The translations under genes and the position numbers were made by a program. The notes beneath the pieces were generated by a model, which saw nothing but the letters and a program-made list of their open reading frames with translations, ran no database searches and was not told where the DNA came from. DNA of 64,000 nucleotides. It comes from Acidobacteriota bacterium. Its GTDB lineage: Bacteria > Acidobacteriota > Terriglobia > 20CM-2-55-15. Below are positions 1 to 9,677 of the stretch, piece after piece (the first letter of the stretch is position 1; each line of letters starts with the position of its first letter). The stretch spans positions 10,295-74,294 of the forward strand of contig JAJEEE010000084.1 in the NCBI GenBank assembly GCA_022821145.1. The letters are read 5' to 3'.

Positions 1-26
1 AGTTTCGTGGCAGCCCGATCGCGCTC

Positions 27-2414
27 ATGACGCATTCTACTCGATTGCTTCTCGGCTTGGCCTGCGGTGTGGCCGTCGCGTTCACGGCGTTCTCCGCCCC
101 GGCGGTCGCCCAAACGGTGGCGGGCGGCGATGCCGATGCGCTCGACGCGCATCGAGGCTTGGTGGATACGTATTGCCTCGCTTGCCACAGCGAGGCCGCA
201 CGGCTCGGAGGGCTCGCGCTGGAAGGACGGGACCTCGCCGACGCGCCCGATGAAGCGGAAGTCTGGGAGAAGGCCGTCCGCAAGCTCCGCGGACGCTTGA
301 TGCCGCCGCCCGGCAGCCCGCAGCCGGAGCAGGCGTCGATCGACGCGTTCGTCGGCTGGCTCGAGGGCGCGCTGGACGCGGCGCCGGCCGTCGAGGCGGG
401 CCACGTGCCGATCCAGCGGTTGAACCGCACCGAGTACGCCGCGGCCGTCAGGGAATTGCTGGCGGTGGATGTCTCACCGGACGTCCTGCCCCAGGACGTC
501 GCCGTCCACGGCTTCGACAACATCGCCGCCGCGCTCAACGAGTCGCCGGCCTTCGTCGAGCAGTACGTCGCCGCCGCGCGCTCGATCGCGCGGCGAGCCG
601 TCGGCGGGCCCAATCTCGAGAGCGTGAAGTACGTGCTCACCGAGAATCGGGGGCGCGAAGGCATGCCGCTGGGGCTGCGCGACGGGATGATGTTCCGGCA
701 CGAGTTCCCGGCCGACGGCGAGTACCGCGTCAACGTCCTGTTCCCTGACCAGACGGTCGGCCTGTATACGGGGCGCCTGGAGAACGCGAACACGCTCGTC
801 ATCATGGTGGACGGCCGCGTCGTGTTCCGCGAGCCGATCGGCGGCCTCGACGACCTGATGCTCAACAACCTCCTGGCCGGCGACGGGCGCGCCGAGATCA
901 TGGAACGGTTCACCAAGGTGCCCATCCAGGTGCAGGCCGGCGTGCGCGACGTGGTCGTCGGGTTCATCGAGCGATCGCAGTTCGAGTCGGCCGCGAACAC
1001 GGGCGGGGGCCGGTTCGGCGGAAACCAGCCCGGCCTGGGCGACGTCGAGATCGTCGGACCGTACGACGCAACCGGCGTTTCCAGCCCCAGCCGCGGGTTG
1101 ATCTACGTGTGCGAACCGGAAACGATCGGCGAGGACGCCTGCGCGCGGCGGATCGCGGACAACCTTGCAAGCCGCGCCTTCCGCCGGCGGGCGACGGAAG
1201 ACGACGCGGCCCGGCTGCTGCCGTTCTTCGAAGCGGGTCGGGTCGAGAGCGGCCGCTTCGACGACGGCGTGGAGCGGCTGGTCACCGCCGTGCTGGTGAG
1301 TCCGGATTTCCTGTACCGCTCGATCCGCGTTCCCGACGATGCCGTCGCCGATCTCAGCGGCCTGGAGTTGGCGTCGCGTCTGTCGTTCTTCATCTGGAAC
1401 ACGGGTCCCGACGATGAGCTGCTCGATCTGGCGGGCGCGGGCCGGCTGGGCGATCCCGGCGTTCTGGACGCGCAGGTCACGCGCATGCTGACCGACGCCA
1501 AGGCCTCCAGCCTCGTCACCAGCTTCGCGACGAAGTGGCTGGGTCTGACCGACCTGGAGTCCGTGCAGCCGGATCCGATGGTGTTCCCGGAATTCGACGA
1601 CGCGTTGTATCAGGACTTCGGACGGGAGGTCGAGCTGTTCCTCGAGAGCATCCTGCTCGAGGACCGCAGCATCCTGGACCTGTTGACGGCGGACCACACG
1701 TTCCTGAACGATCGGTTGGCCGCCCACTACGGCATTCCGGGGGTTGCGGGCTCGCAGTTCCGGAAGTTCGCGCTTGCCGACGATGCCCGTTTCGGGCTGC
1801 TCGGAAAAGGCGCGGTCCTCTTGAGCACGTCCTACGGGAACCGCACCTCCCCGGTGCTTCGAGGCGCCTGGGTGCTCGAGCGATTGCTGGGCACGCCGCC
1901 CACCCCGCCGCCCGCCGAAGTGGAAGCGTTCCCGGACGACCCGGAAGGCGAACGGCCCCGGACCGTGCGCGCGCGGCTGGAACAGCACCGCGCGGCGCCG
2001 GCCTGCAACCAGTGCCACGGCGTGATCGATCCGATCGGCCTGGCGCTGGAGAACTTCGACGCGATCGGGCGCTGGCGGACCATGGACAGCGCGGCGGAGG
2101 CCGCCATCGACGCCCGGACCGTGCTTCCGACCGGCGTGGCCATCGACGGCCCCGTCGAGCTCCGGGAACAGTTCACCGCCGCGCCGGCGATGTTCGTGCG
2201 GGCCGTCACCGAGAAGCTGTTCATGTACGCGCTCGGGCGGGAGCTCGAGTACTTCGACATGCCCGAGGTCCGCGCGGTGGTCCGCGAGGCCGCGAACGAC
2301 GACTACCGGTGGTCTTCGATCGTGAAGGCGATCGTTCGCACCGATGCTTTTCTGAAGCAGGGGCCGGTTCACTCACCGGCCGCGGACGTCGTGGAGGCGG
2401 CGGCCGCGAACTAG
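27..2414 (+). CDS. DUF1592/DUF1588/DUF1585-family secreted protein with cytochrome-c-like N-terminal motif (PSD1-like)
   Basis: Signal peptide (AVAFTAFSAPAVAQ) and a DTYCLACHS heme-binding-like motif. Domain order is typical of the Planctomycete/Acidobacteria DUF1592 family, which is invariably paired with DUF1501. The downstream DUF1501 gene starts 19 bp later. Confidence 0.8.
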   Translation: MTHSTRLLLGLACGVAVAFTAFSAPAVAQTVAGGDADALDAHRGLVDTYCLACHSEAARLGGLALEGRDLADAPDEAEVWEKAVRKLRGRLMPPPGSPQPEQASIDAFVGWLEGALDAAPAVEAGHVPIQRLNRTEYAAAVRELLAVDVSPDVLPQDVAVHGFDNIAAALNESPAFVEQYVAAARSIARRAVGGPNLESVKYVLTENRGREGMPLGLRDGMMFRHEFPADGEYRVNVLFPDQTVGLYTGRLENANTLVIMVDGRVVFREPIGGLDDLMLNNLLAGDGRAEIMERFTKVPIQVQAGVRDVVVGFIERSQFESAANTGGGRFGGNQPGLGDVEIVGPYDATGVSSPSRGLIYVCEPETIGEDACARRIADNLASRAFRRRATEDDAARLLPFFEAGRVESGRFDDGVERLVTAVLVSPDFLYRSIRVPDDAVADLSGLELASRLSFFIWNTGPDDELLDLAGAGRLGDPGVLDAQVTRMLTDAKASSLVTSFATKWLGLTDLESVQPDPMVFPEFDDALYQDFGREVELFLESILLEDRSILDLLTADHTFLNDRLAAHYGIPGVAGSQFRKFALADDARFGLLGKGAVLLSTSYGNRTSPVLRGAWVLERLLGTPPTPPPAEVEAFPDDPEGERPRTVRARLEQHRAAPACNQCHGVIDPIGLALENFDAIGRWRTMDSAAEAAIDARTVLPTGVAIDGPVELREQFTAAPAMFVRAVTEKLFMYALGRELEYFDMPEVRAVVREAANDDYRWSSIVKAIVRTDAFLKQGPVHSPAADVVEAAAAN

Positions 2415-2433
2415 CGATCATGGGAGACGCGTC

Positions 2434-3774
2434 ATGTTCATAACGAAGAAACACCTGTCCCGGCGAACGGTCCTGAAGGGCGCCGGCGTGACCCTGGCCC
2501 TGCCGTTCCTGGACGCCATGGTCCCGGCGGCCACGGCGACGGCTCAGACGGCGGCGGCGCCGAAGCTTCGAGCCGGCTTCTTCTACATCCCGCACGGGGC
2601 GATCATGTTCAACACCGCCCACGGGGCGGAATGGGACCGGTGGACGCCCAGCGGTTCCGGCGCGGACTTCCGGTTGAGCGCGATCATGCAGCCGCTGGAG
2701 CCGTTCAAGGACTGTGTCTCCTCGGTCGGGAACCTGGAGAACGCCGCCAGCGCCGGATCGGTGCACACGCTGAACCCGGCAACCTGGTTGAGTTGCACGC
2801 GCCCGGGCGGCGGCGGTTTCGGCGGCGGCGCCAACATGGCGGCGACGCTGGACCAGATCGTCGCGCGCAGGATCGGCCAGGACACGGCGCTGCCGTCCCT
2901 GGAGGTCGCCTCGGAGACGACCGTGCAGCAGGCGGCGGGCAGCGGCGGCCCGTACACGACGCTGTCGTTCCGCGACCCCACGTCCCCGCTGCCCATGGAA
3001 TACAACCCGAAGAAGGTGTTCAACCAGTTGTTCGGGGAAACGACGGCCGTGGAGCGCGTTGAGATCGCCCGGGAGAATCGCAGCCTCCTGGACATGATCC
3101 GCGACCGGACCGAGACGCTCCGCGGCGAGCTTGGAGCCGGAGACCGCGCCCGCCTGGAGGGCTACCTGGAGAGCGTTCGCGAAATCGAGCGGCGAACGCA
3201 ACTGATCGCGTCCCGGGACGTTTCCGACATCCACCTTCCGGAACGTCCGGTCGGCGTCCTCGACGACTTCGACCAGCAGGTCGATCTCCTGTTCGACCTG
3301 ATCGCGATCGCCTACCAGTCCGACCTGACGCGCGTGGCGTCCTACATCATGGTGGCCGAGGGCACGAACCAGACCTACAACCACATCGGGGTGCCGGACG
3401 CCTTCCACCCGGTGTCGCATCACGCCAACGACCTCGATCGAATCGAGAAGCTGGTGAAGATCCAGACGTGGCACATGGACCGGTTCGCCGCGTTCCTGCG
3501 GAAGATGGCCGACACGCCCGACGGCGACGGCTCGCTGCTGGATCACTCGATCTTCCTGTACGGGTCGAACATGGGCAACAGCGACCGCCACAACAACTAC
3601 CCGATCCCGACGGTCATCGTCGGCGGCGGCGACGGCCGCATGAAACGGGGCGGCCAGCACGTGGTCATGCCCGACCGCTCGCCGCTGGCCAACGTGCACC
3701 TGACGCTGCTCGGCAAGTTCGGGATCGAGCAGGAGTCGTTCGCCGACAGCACCGGCGTCATCTCGGAGTTGTAG
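2434..3774 (+). CDS. DUF1501 domain protein (sulfatase-like, Tat-exported)
   Basis: Twin-arginine signal SRRTVLKGAGVTLALPF, GGGGFGGG loop and conserved C-terminal HxxxN motifs. GGGAGA RBS lies 7 nt upstream of the start. Confidence 0.85.
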   Translation: MFITKKHLSRRTVLKGAGVTLALPFLDAMVPAATATAQTAAAPKLRAGFFYIPHGAIMFNTAHGAEWDRWTPSGSGADFRLSAIMQPLEPFKDCVSSVGNLENAASAGSVHTLNPATWLSCTRPGGGGFGGGANMAATLDQIVARRIGQDTALPSLEVASETTVQQAAGSGGPYTTLSFRDPTSPLPMEYNPKKVFNQLFGETTAVERVEIARENRSLLDMIRDRTETLRGELGAGDRARLEGYLESVREIERRTQLIASRDVSDIHLPERPVGVLDDFDQQVDLLFDLIAIAYQSDLTRVASYIMVAEGTNQTYNHIGVPDAFHPVSHHANDLDRIEKLVKIQTWHMDRFAAFLRKMADTPDGDGSLLDHSIFLYGSNMGNSDRHNNYPIPTVIVGGGDGRMKRGGQHVVMPDRSPLANVHLTLLGKFGIEQESFADSTGVISEL

Positions 3775-3787
3775 CCGGGGGCGCCGC

Positions 3788-4708
3788 GTGGATCGCAGGC
3801 AGGTACTTCAAGGCGCGATGGCCGGCGCGCTCACGCTCTGGGCCGCCCCGCGGGGACGCGCCCGCTCTCAGGCGTCCGCCGCCGTTCGCCGCCTGACCGA
3901 CGCCATCGCGGTGGTCGACGCGGGCGGGACCAACGTCGTCGCCCTGTCCACGGGCGACGGCTTGCTGCTCGTCGACAGCGGCGCTCCGAACCACGGCGAC
4001 GCGCTCGAGGCGGCGTTGAACGATCTGGCGGCGAACGCGAACGTCCACACGCTCATCAACACCCACTACCATCTGGAGAACACCGGCAACAACGAGCGGT
4101 TCGCGCGGTCGGGCGCGACCGTCATCGCGCACGACCGCACGCGCCAGTGGATGTCGACCGACTACTGGCTGCCGGACGAGAGCCGGTACGAGCCGGCGCG
4201 GCCCGAGGGCGCGCGTCCCACGCGGACCATCGTCAACACGGCGTCCATGGAAGCCGGCGGCGAACGGATCGAATACGGACATCTCGTGACCGCGCACACC
4301 GGCGGCGACATCTACGTGTACTTCCGGGATTCCAACGTGCTGGCCGTCGGCGACATCGCCTCGCCCGTCAAGGACCCCGAGCTGGACTGGATCTCGGGCG
4401 GATGGATCGGCGGCCTCGTGGACGCCATGGACCTGTTGCTCGCGATGACCGACGAACGGACGCGGGTCGTTCCGGGCGCCGGCCCGGTCATGACCTATGC
4501 CGAGTTCCAGGCCGAACGGGAGTTGATGGAGTTGGTCCGGCAGCGGCTGTTCACCCGGATTCGCCTGGGCGAAGGCCCTCGGGAGATGCTCGACGGCGGC
4601 GCGCTGGACGGGCTCGACCGCACGTGGGACGACCCGTACGCGTTCCTGTATGCGGCCGCGAGAGGCCTGTGGGGGAACCATAACAAGCTGGACCCGAACG
4701 TGGTCTAG
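3788..4708 (+). CDS. Metallo-beta-lactamase-fold hydrolase, Tat signal
   Basis: Tat motif RRQVLQGAMAGALTLWAAP. THYHLENTGN and TAHTGGD motifs resemble MBL metal-binding motifs. GTG start. Confidence 0.55.
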   Translation: MDRRQVLQGAMAGALTLWAAPRGRARSQASAAVRRLTDAIAVVDAGGTNVVALSTGDGLLLVDSGAPNHGDALEAALNDLAANANVHTLINTHYHLENTGNNERFARSGATVIAHDRTRQWMSTDYWLPDESRYEPARPEGARPTRTIVNTASMEAGGERIEYGHLVTAHTGGDIYVYFRDSNVLAVGDIASPVKDPELDWISGGWIGGLVDAMDLLLAMTDERTRVVPGAGPVMTYAEFQAERELMELVRQRLFTRIRLGEGPREMLDGGALDGLDRTWDDPYAFLYAAARGLWGNHNKLDPNVV

Positions 4709-4726
4709 CGGGTTGCGGAGGCAATT

Positions 4727-6412
4727 GTGAAGCGTTTCGTTCTGTCGGTCTTCTGCGTGGTGGCCGCGGCCGCGGCGTTCCTCGCCCAGGCGCCGCCGGG
4801 GGAGTTGGCCCGCGCGATCCAGGCCGGCAACCGCCGGGCCGCACTCGAGATGATCCGTGCCGGCGCCGACGTGAACGAGGCGCAGCCGGACGGGACCCGG
4901 CCGATCCACTGGGCGGTCTATCGCGTCGACTACGAGTTGATCGACGAGCTGATCTCCAGGGGCGCGGAGGCGGACGTCACCAACGAGCTGGGCTCCACGC
5001 CGCTCTCCGAAGCCGTCAAGCTGCGGGACGCCGCGATGGTACGGACGTTGCTCGACGCGGGTTCCGGACCCGAGGGCGCCAACCTCGACGGCCAGACCGC
5101 GCTCATGCTGGCCATCAAGAACGGGGACCTGGAGATCGTCCGGGCGCTGGTCGACAACGGCGCGAACGTCAACGCCGTGGAGGCCGTCCAGGACCAGACC
5201 CCCTTGATGTGGGCCGCCGCCGCCACGCGGAACGCGGCGGAGATGGTGGACATCCTGCTCGCCAACGGCGCGGACGTCCACGCCCGCGCGCGGTTCACCG
5301 ACTGGCCGAGCCAGATCACGTCGGAACCCCGCGCCCAGTATCACGCCTACGGCGGACTGACCTCGCTGCTGTACGCCGCGCGCGGCGGTTGTCTGGCGTG
5401 CGTCGAATCCCTGGTGACGGCCGGCGCGGACGTCAACCTCCCGACGCCCGAGGGCGTGACGCCCCTGAAGGTCGCGCTGGAGAACGGCAACAACGACGTC
5501 GCGCTGTTCCTGCTGGGCAACGGCGCCAACCCCCACGTCTGGGACGTGTACGGACGCACGGCGCTCTACGTCGCCGTCAACCGCAAGAACGCGGGCGGCG
5601 GCGGTTTCGGGTTCGGCGGCGGGCGCGGAGGCCGCGGGGCGCCGATCGGCCTGCCCGATCCCGCCGCCGGTCCGGCTGTCACGAGCATGGACGTGATTAC
5701 CGCGTTGCTCGACGCGGGCGTCGACCCCAACACCCAGCTCAGCATGCGCCGCCCCAGCAGTCAGGGCGGACGGTTCAGCGACCCGCTCCTCAGCACCGGC
5801 GCGACGCCGCTGCTTCACGCCGTCCGCGACAACGACCGGGAAGTGACCGAGCTGCTGCTCGAGCGGGGCGCCAATCCCAACATCTACGGGATGGGGACCA
5901 CGCCCTTCCTGCTGGCCGCCGGCGTCAACCCCTACGGCGGACGCGGAGGCCGCGGCGGCGCGCCGGCCGGCCCCGACACGGAACTCCTGGACCTGTTCAT
6001 CGAGCACGGCGCCGACGTCGACGCCCAGGTGACGGGCGTCCTGTCGTTCTCGATGCGCGTATCCCGGCGGGTCTCCGACGACGAGGGCGTGTCGGCCCTG
6101 CACTTCGCCGTCCAGTCCGGCAACGCCGGCCTGGTGCGCTATCTCCTGGACCACGGCGCCCGCACGGACCTGAGGGACTGGTCGGACCGCACGCCCCTGG
6201 ACGTGGCCAACGGCGTCCCCGCGCGACCCCTGCCGCCGGACGCCGGCGGCGCCCGCGTCCCGGATCCCTACGCCGTCGCCGACGACGAGGACGAGCCGGC
6301 CCCGCCGCCCGCCGCTCCCCCCGGATTCGGCGGCCGCGGCGGAGCGGGAGGCCCCGAAGCGGAAGTCATGGCCGAGATCCGGACGCTGCTGGAAGCGGCT
6401 CAAGGACAGTAG
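4727..6412 (+). CDS. Ankyrin-repeat protein, secreted
   Basis: Multiple ankyrin consensus repeats (TPLHWAV..G..E/D..LL..GAD.N) and an N-terminal signal peptide. Gly-rich inserts (GGGGFGFGGGRGGRG). GGAGG RBS before the GTG start. Confidence 0.8.
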   Translation: MKRFVLSVFCVVAAAAAFLAQAPPGELARAIQAGNRRAALEMIRAGADVNEAQPDGTRPIHWAVYRVDYELIDELISRGAEADVTNELGSTPLSEAVKLRDAAMVRTLLDAGSGPEGANLDGQTALMLAIKNGDLEIVRALVDNGANVNAVEAVQDQTPLMWAAAATRNAAEMVDILLANGADVHARARFTDWPSQITSEPRAQYHAYGGLTSLLYAARGGCLACVESLVTAGADVNLPTPEGVTPLKVALENGNNDVALFLLGNGANPHVWDVYGRTALYVAVNRKNAGGGGFGFGGGRGGRGAPIGLPDPAAGPAVTSMDVITALLDAGVDPNTQLSMRRPSSQGGRFSDPLLSTGATPLLHAVRDNDREVTELLLERGANPNIYGMGTTPFLLAAGVNPYGGRGGRGGAPAGPDTELLDLFIEHGADVDAQVTGVLSFSMRVSRRVSDDEGVSALHFAVQSGNAGLVRYLLDHGARTDLRDWSDRTPLDVANGVPARPLPPDAGGARVPDPYAVADDEDEPAPPPAAPPGFGGRGGAGGPEAEVMAEIRTLLEAAQGQ

Positions 6413-6487
6413 ACAAGCTGTAGTTCGACATCCGCCATGGCCTGCGCATCGTGCGCGGGCTAGTCTTCCTGTTATCCGCCCGTCTTC

Positions 6488-6546
6488 CGAGTTGACAGAT
6501 CGGCCGCTTCATTGTTGAATCTAGGCCTAGACCAAACAAGTCTAGA
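6488..6546 (+). promoter_or_regulatory. Candidate padR promoter/operator: TTGACA -35 element followed by palindromes TCTAGGCCTAGA and CTAGAC-N7-GTCTAG
   Basis: TTGACAGATCGG...TCTAGGCCTAGACCAAACAAGTCTAGAGAGG sits immediately upstream of the padR RBS (GAGAGG). PadR regulators bind inverted repeats. Confidence 0.35.
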
Positions 6547-6556
6547 GAGGATAGGT

Positions 6557-6904
6557 ATGGCGGCTCGGGACAAGGGTGAACGGGATCTGTTTCCTGGCGC
6601 GCTGGAGATGATGGTGCTCCAGACCTTGCGCCGAGGCCCGCTGCACGGCTACGCGCTCGCGCGAACGATCAAACGCAGCTCGGAAGACCTCCTGCAGATC
6701 GAGGAGGGGTCTCTCTATCCCGCCCTTCAACGGATGGTCAACTCCGGTTGGCTCCGGTCCGAGTGGGGCACGTCCGCTCGAAACCGGCGCGTACGCATCT
6801 ACCGGATTACTCCGTCCGGCCGCAAACAACTCGAACGCCAGGTTTCAAGCTACGAGCGCATGCTCCAGGGCATCGCACGGGTCATGAGGGCCGCTGAGTC
6901 ATGA
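6557..6904 (+). CDS. PadR-family transcriptional regulator
   Basis: Winged-helix PadR motif LHGYALARTI...EGSLYPALQRMVNSGWL...YRITPSGRKQL. Stop overlaps the downstream permease start (ATGA). Confidence 0.85.
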   Translation: MAARDKGERDLFPGALEMMVLQTLRRGPLHGYALARTIKRSSEDLLQIEEGSLYPALQRMVNSGWLRSEWGTSARNRRVRIYRITPSGRKQLERQVSSYERMLQGIARVMRAAES

Positions 6905-9585
6905 TGCGACTTCGGAATCTTCTTCGAAGGCGGCGCATCGACCTTGAGATTCGCGGCGAAGCGGAGGCGCACATCGCCGAGCGTGTCGACGAACTGGTGG
7001 AGGGGGGCACGGATGCCGCCGAGGCGCGGCGTCAGGCTATGCGGGACTTCGGGAACGTCGCCGCGGTACGCGAGGAAGTCCACGAGGCCAACGGGATCGG
7101 ACACCTCGAAACGCTGTGGCAGGACGTTCGGTTCGCGTTGAGCCACTACGGACGAAGTCCCATATTCTTCGCGGTGACCGTCCTGACTCTTTCCGTCGGG
7201 ATCGGTTCGAGCACTGCGGTTTTCAGCGTCGTTGACGCGCTGTTGTTCAGACCTCTGCCGTATCCCGAATCGGAACGGCTCATGGCGTTCGACGCAGAGG
7301 TCAGCCGCCCACGAAGTCTATACGCGTGGTCATACCCTCAACTCGAGACGTTGCGCCGGCGGCAAACCGCGTTTTCCTCTATCGCTGCATACTCCCCGTA
7401 CGACGTGACTCTTCAACATTCCGGTATTCCGGAAAACGTGGCGGCCGAGTTCGTGACGGCGAATTACTTCGCGCTCTTCGGAGTCGCGCCGTCGCTTGGC
7501 CGTGTGTTCCTGTCCGAGGAGGATGAGACGCCCGGCACACATGGCGTCGCTGTCATCAGTCATGCGTTGTGGCGCGACAAATTCGGCAGCGATCCGGGCG
7601 TGCTGGGAACCACCCTGCCCATTAACAGTGTGCCGCTGATCGTGGTTGGCGTCCTTCCCCCGAGGTTCCGTGGCCAAGATGGAACCACGGAAATCTGGAT
7701 TCCCACCATGATGGCGGACGCCGTTCGCGTTGCGACGGCACTCAGCCCGGGACAGTTCTGGCTTCGGGTGGTCGGTCGACTCGAAGACAACGTCACGGAA
7801 ACGCAGGCCCGGTCGGAGTTGGAGGCGATTTCAACAGGGATACTTGAAGAGATATCGCCGCGCTATCGGGACGCGATCGGGTTGGAGAGGTTGGTATTGA
7901 CGCCGTTGCGGGACACGAAAGTGGACCCGACGGTGGACCGGGCGTTTTTCAGCCTTTTCGGCGCGGTACTGTTCGTCATGGCAATCGCCTGCATCAACAC
8001 GGCGGGTTTGCTGTTGTCGCGGTCTGAGTGGCGTCGCGGCGAGTTGTCCCTGCGTCTCGCGCTGGGCGGCGCGCGTGGGCGGATGTGCCGACAACTCGTG
8101 ACGGAGGCCATGGTCCTGTCCATGATCAGCGGGGTCGTTGCGGTAGGCGTCGCGAGTGCCGGCGTCAAGTGGCTCACGACTGCGAAACCGTGGAACGCGA
8201 TCGGTTTCTGGTCGCAATATGCGAGCACGTTCGACTATTTCGAAGTGTCGCTGGATGGGCGCGTGCTGCTCTTCAACTTCGTGATCGCTGCGACGGTCGG
8301 GTTGCTGACCAGCCTGGGCCCGGCCCTTTACTTCATCGGAACGCCCTCGACAACAGCACTCAGCCGAGGCCGAGGCACGGCCCTGGTCGGCGCCCGCCCG
8401 TTGCGTCTCAGACTGGTCTCGAGCGTGTTGCTCGTGTTCCAGGTAGGGCTTTCGGTGTCTCTTGTCATCGGTGCGGGATTGCTCGTTCGCAGCTTTCTCC
8501 GGTTAACCGACGTTGACCTGGGATTCGATCCCGATCGTGTCTTGACCATGAACATGGATGTTGGATCACGAGAGGTTTTGCCGGACGTCATCCCAGACCT
8601 ATTGTCCCGATTGCAACGCCTGCCACTGGTGGAGTCGGCGAACATCGCCTACCAAGCCCCGCTGAGTGGAGCGCTGTTGAATGCCGATGCGGAGATTCAG
8701 AACCGGTCCAGCGCGACTGACAGCGTCAGGGCGACTCACAACATCGTCGCGCCGGAGTTCTTCGAAACGTTCGGCATATCTCCCCGGCGGGGCCGTCTCT
8801 TTACGGCTGACGACAGGTCCGAGAGCCCACGTGTGGCGATCGTGAATCGAAAGCTCGTCGACACGATCCTGCCTCCTGACGCCGACCCGATGGACACAAC
8901 GCTGAATCTGGTATTCCGCGCTCACCCGGACTCTCCGGGCGACGGTTCGATACGGGTTGTCGGCGTCGTCGATGACGTTCGGTACGGAGCCGTCGAGGAT
9001 TCGGTCGATCCCACGATCTACATCCCGGCCGCGCAGTCGACGATCGCATTGAACGTCTTGTCGGTCCGAACCTTCGGGAATCCTCTGTCCGTCGTTCCGA
9101 CGATTCGCCGGGAACTCGCATCCGTGGACAATGACATTGCCCTCACGGAGATCGAGTTGATGTCGGATCGTGTGGACCGACTCCTGGCGCGCTTCAGATA
9201 CAGTGCATCGATCATGTCCGGTTTCGCGAGTGTTGCCTTGTTGATAACGTTCGGCGGCATCTATGGCGTGATGGCGTACTCCGTATCGCGACGGTACGCC
9301 GAGTTCGGTGTCCGCCAGGCGCTGGGCGCATCGCGCGAGCGTCTCCTTCGTACGGTCCTCGCGGATGGCGTGGTCTTCATCACGCTAGGCCTGGTGATCG
9401 GATGGGTTGCGGCCGCGGCCGGCGGGCGCTTCCTCACGCCCGAACTCTATCTGGTCGAACCGAATGACGTCGTTACATTCGCCATCACGGCAGCCCTCGT
9501 TGCGCTCGTTGCCGCACTCGCGTGCCTTCTTCCGGCGAGTCGCGTCCTGAAGCTTGACTTGATGGCAACGCTGCGTAGCGAATAG
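6901..9585 (+). CDS. ABC-type permease, FtsX/MacB-like with periplasmic core domain (ADOP family, acidobacterial duplicated orphan permease type)
   Basis: N-terminal leader typical of ADOP permeases (LRRRRIDLEIRGEAEAHIAERVDEL...FGNVAAVREE...WQDVRFAL). Two FtsX 4-TM modules at the N- and C-terminal ends. Translationally coupled to padR. Confidence 0.85.
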   Translation: MMRLRNLLRRRRIDLEIRGEAEAHIAERVDELVEGGTDAAEARRQAMRDFGNVAAVREEVHEANGIGHLETLWQDVRFALSHYGRSPIFFAVTVLTLSVGIGSSTAVFSVVDALLFRPLPYPESERLMAFDAEVSRPRSLYAWSYPQLETLRRRQTAFSSIAAYSPYDVTLQHSGIPENVAAEFVTANYFALFGVAPSLGRVFLSEEDETPGTHGVAVISHALWRDKFGSDPGVLGTTLPINSVPLIVVGVLPPRFRGQDGTTEIWIPTMMADAVRVATALSPGQFWLRVVGRLEDNVTETQARSELEAISTGILEEISPRYRDAIGLERLVLTPLRDTKVDPTVDRAFFSLFGAVLFVMAIACINTAGLLLSRSEWRRGELSLRLALGGARGRMCRQLVTEAMVLSMISGVVAVGVASAGVKWLTTAKPWNAIGFWSQYASTFDYFEVSLDGRVLLFNFVIAATVGLLTSLGPALYFIGTPSTTALSRGRGTALVGARPLRLRLVSSVLLVFQVGLSVSLVIGAGLLVRSFLRLTDVDLGFDPDRVLTMNMDVGSREVLPDVIPDLLSRLQRLPLVESANIAYQAPLSGALLNADAEIQNRSSATDSVRATHNIVAPEFFETFGISPRRGRLFTADDRSESPRVAIVNRKLVDTILPPDADPMDTTLNLVFRAHPDSPGDGSIRVVGVVDDVRYGAVEDSVDPTIYIPAAQSTIALNVLSVRTFGNPLSVVPTIRRELASVDNDIALTEIELMSDRVDRLLARFRYSASIMSGFASVALLITFGGIYGVMAYSVSRRYAEFGVRQALGASRERLLRTVLADGVVFITLGLVIGWVAAAAGGRFLTPELYLVEPNDVVTFAITAALVALVAALACLLPASRVLKLDLMATLRSE

Positions 9586-9677
9586 GCGCGTTCGTTTCGT
9601 ATTGGGGCTCCACCGCGAAGTCCGGGCATCGTGGGCGAGTCGGGCGAACGGACGATGTAACAGGTGGTCATCCTTTG

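Noticed and set aside
3758-6403. 881-aa minus-strand ORF
   Set aside because: It is antisense to the MBL and ankyrin genes. Arg/Gly/Ala-rich low-complexity translation is typical of high-GC antisense frames. It has no RBS or domains.
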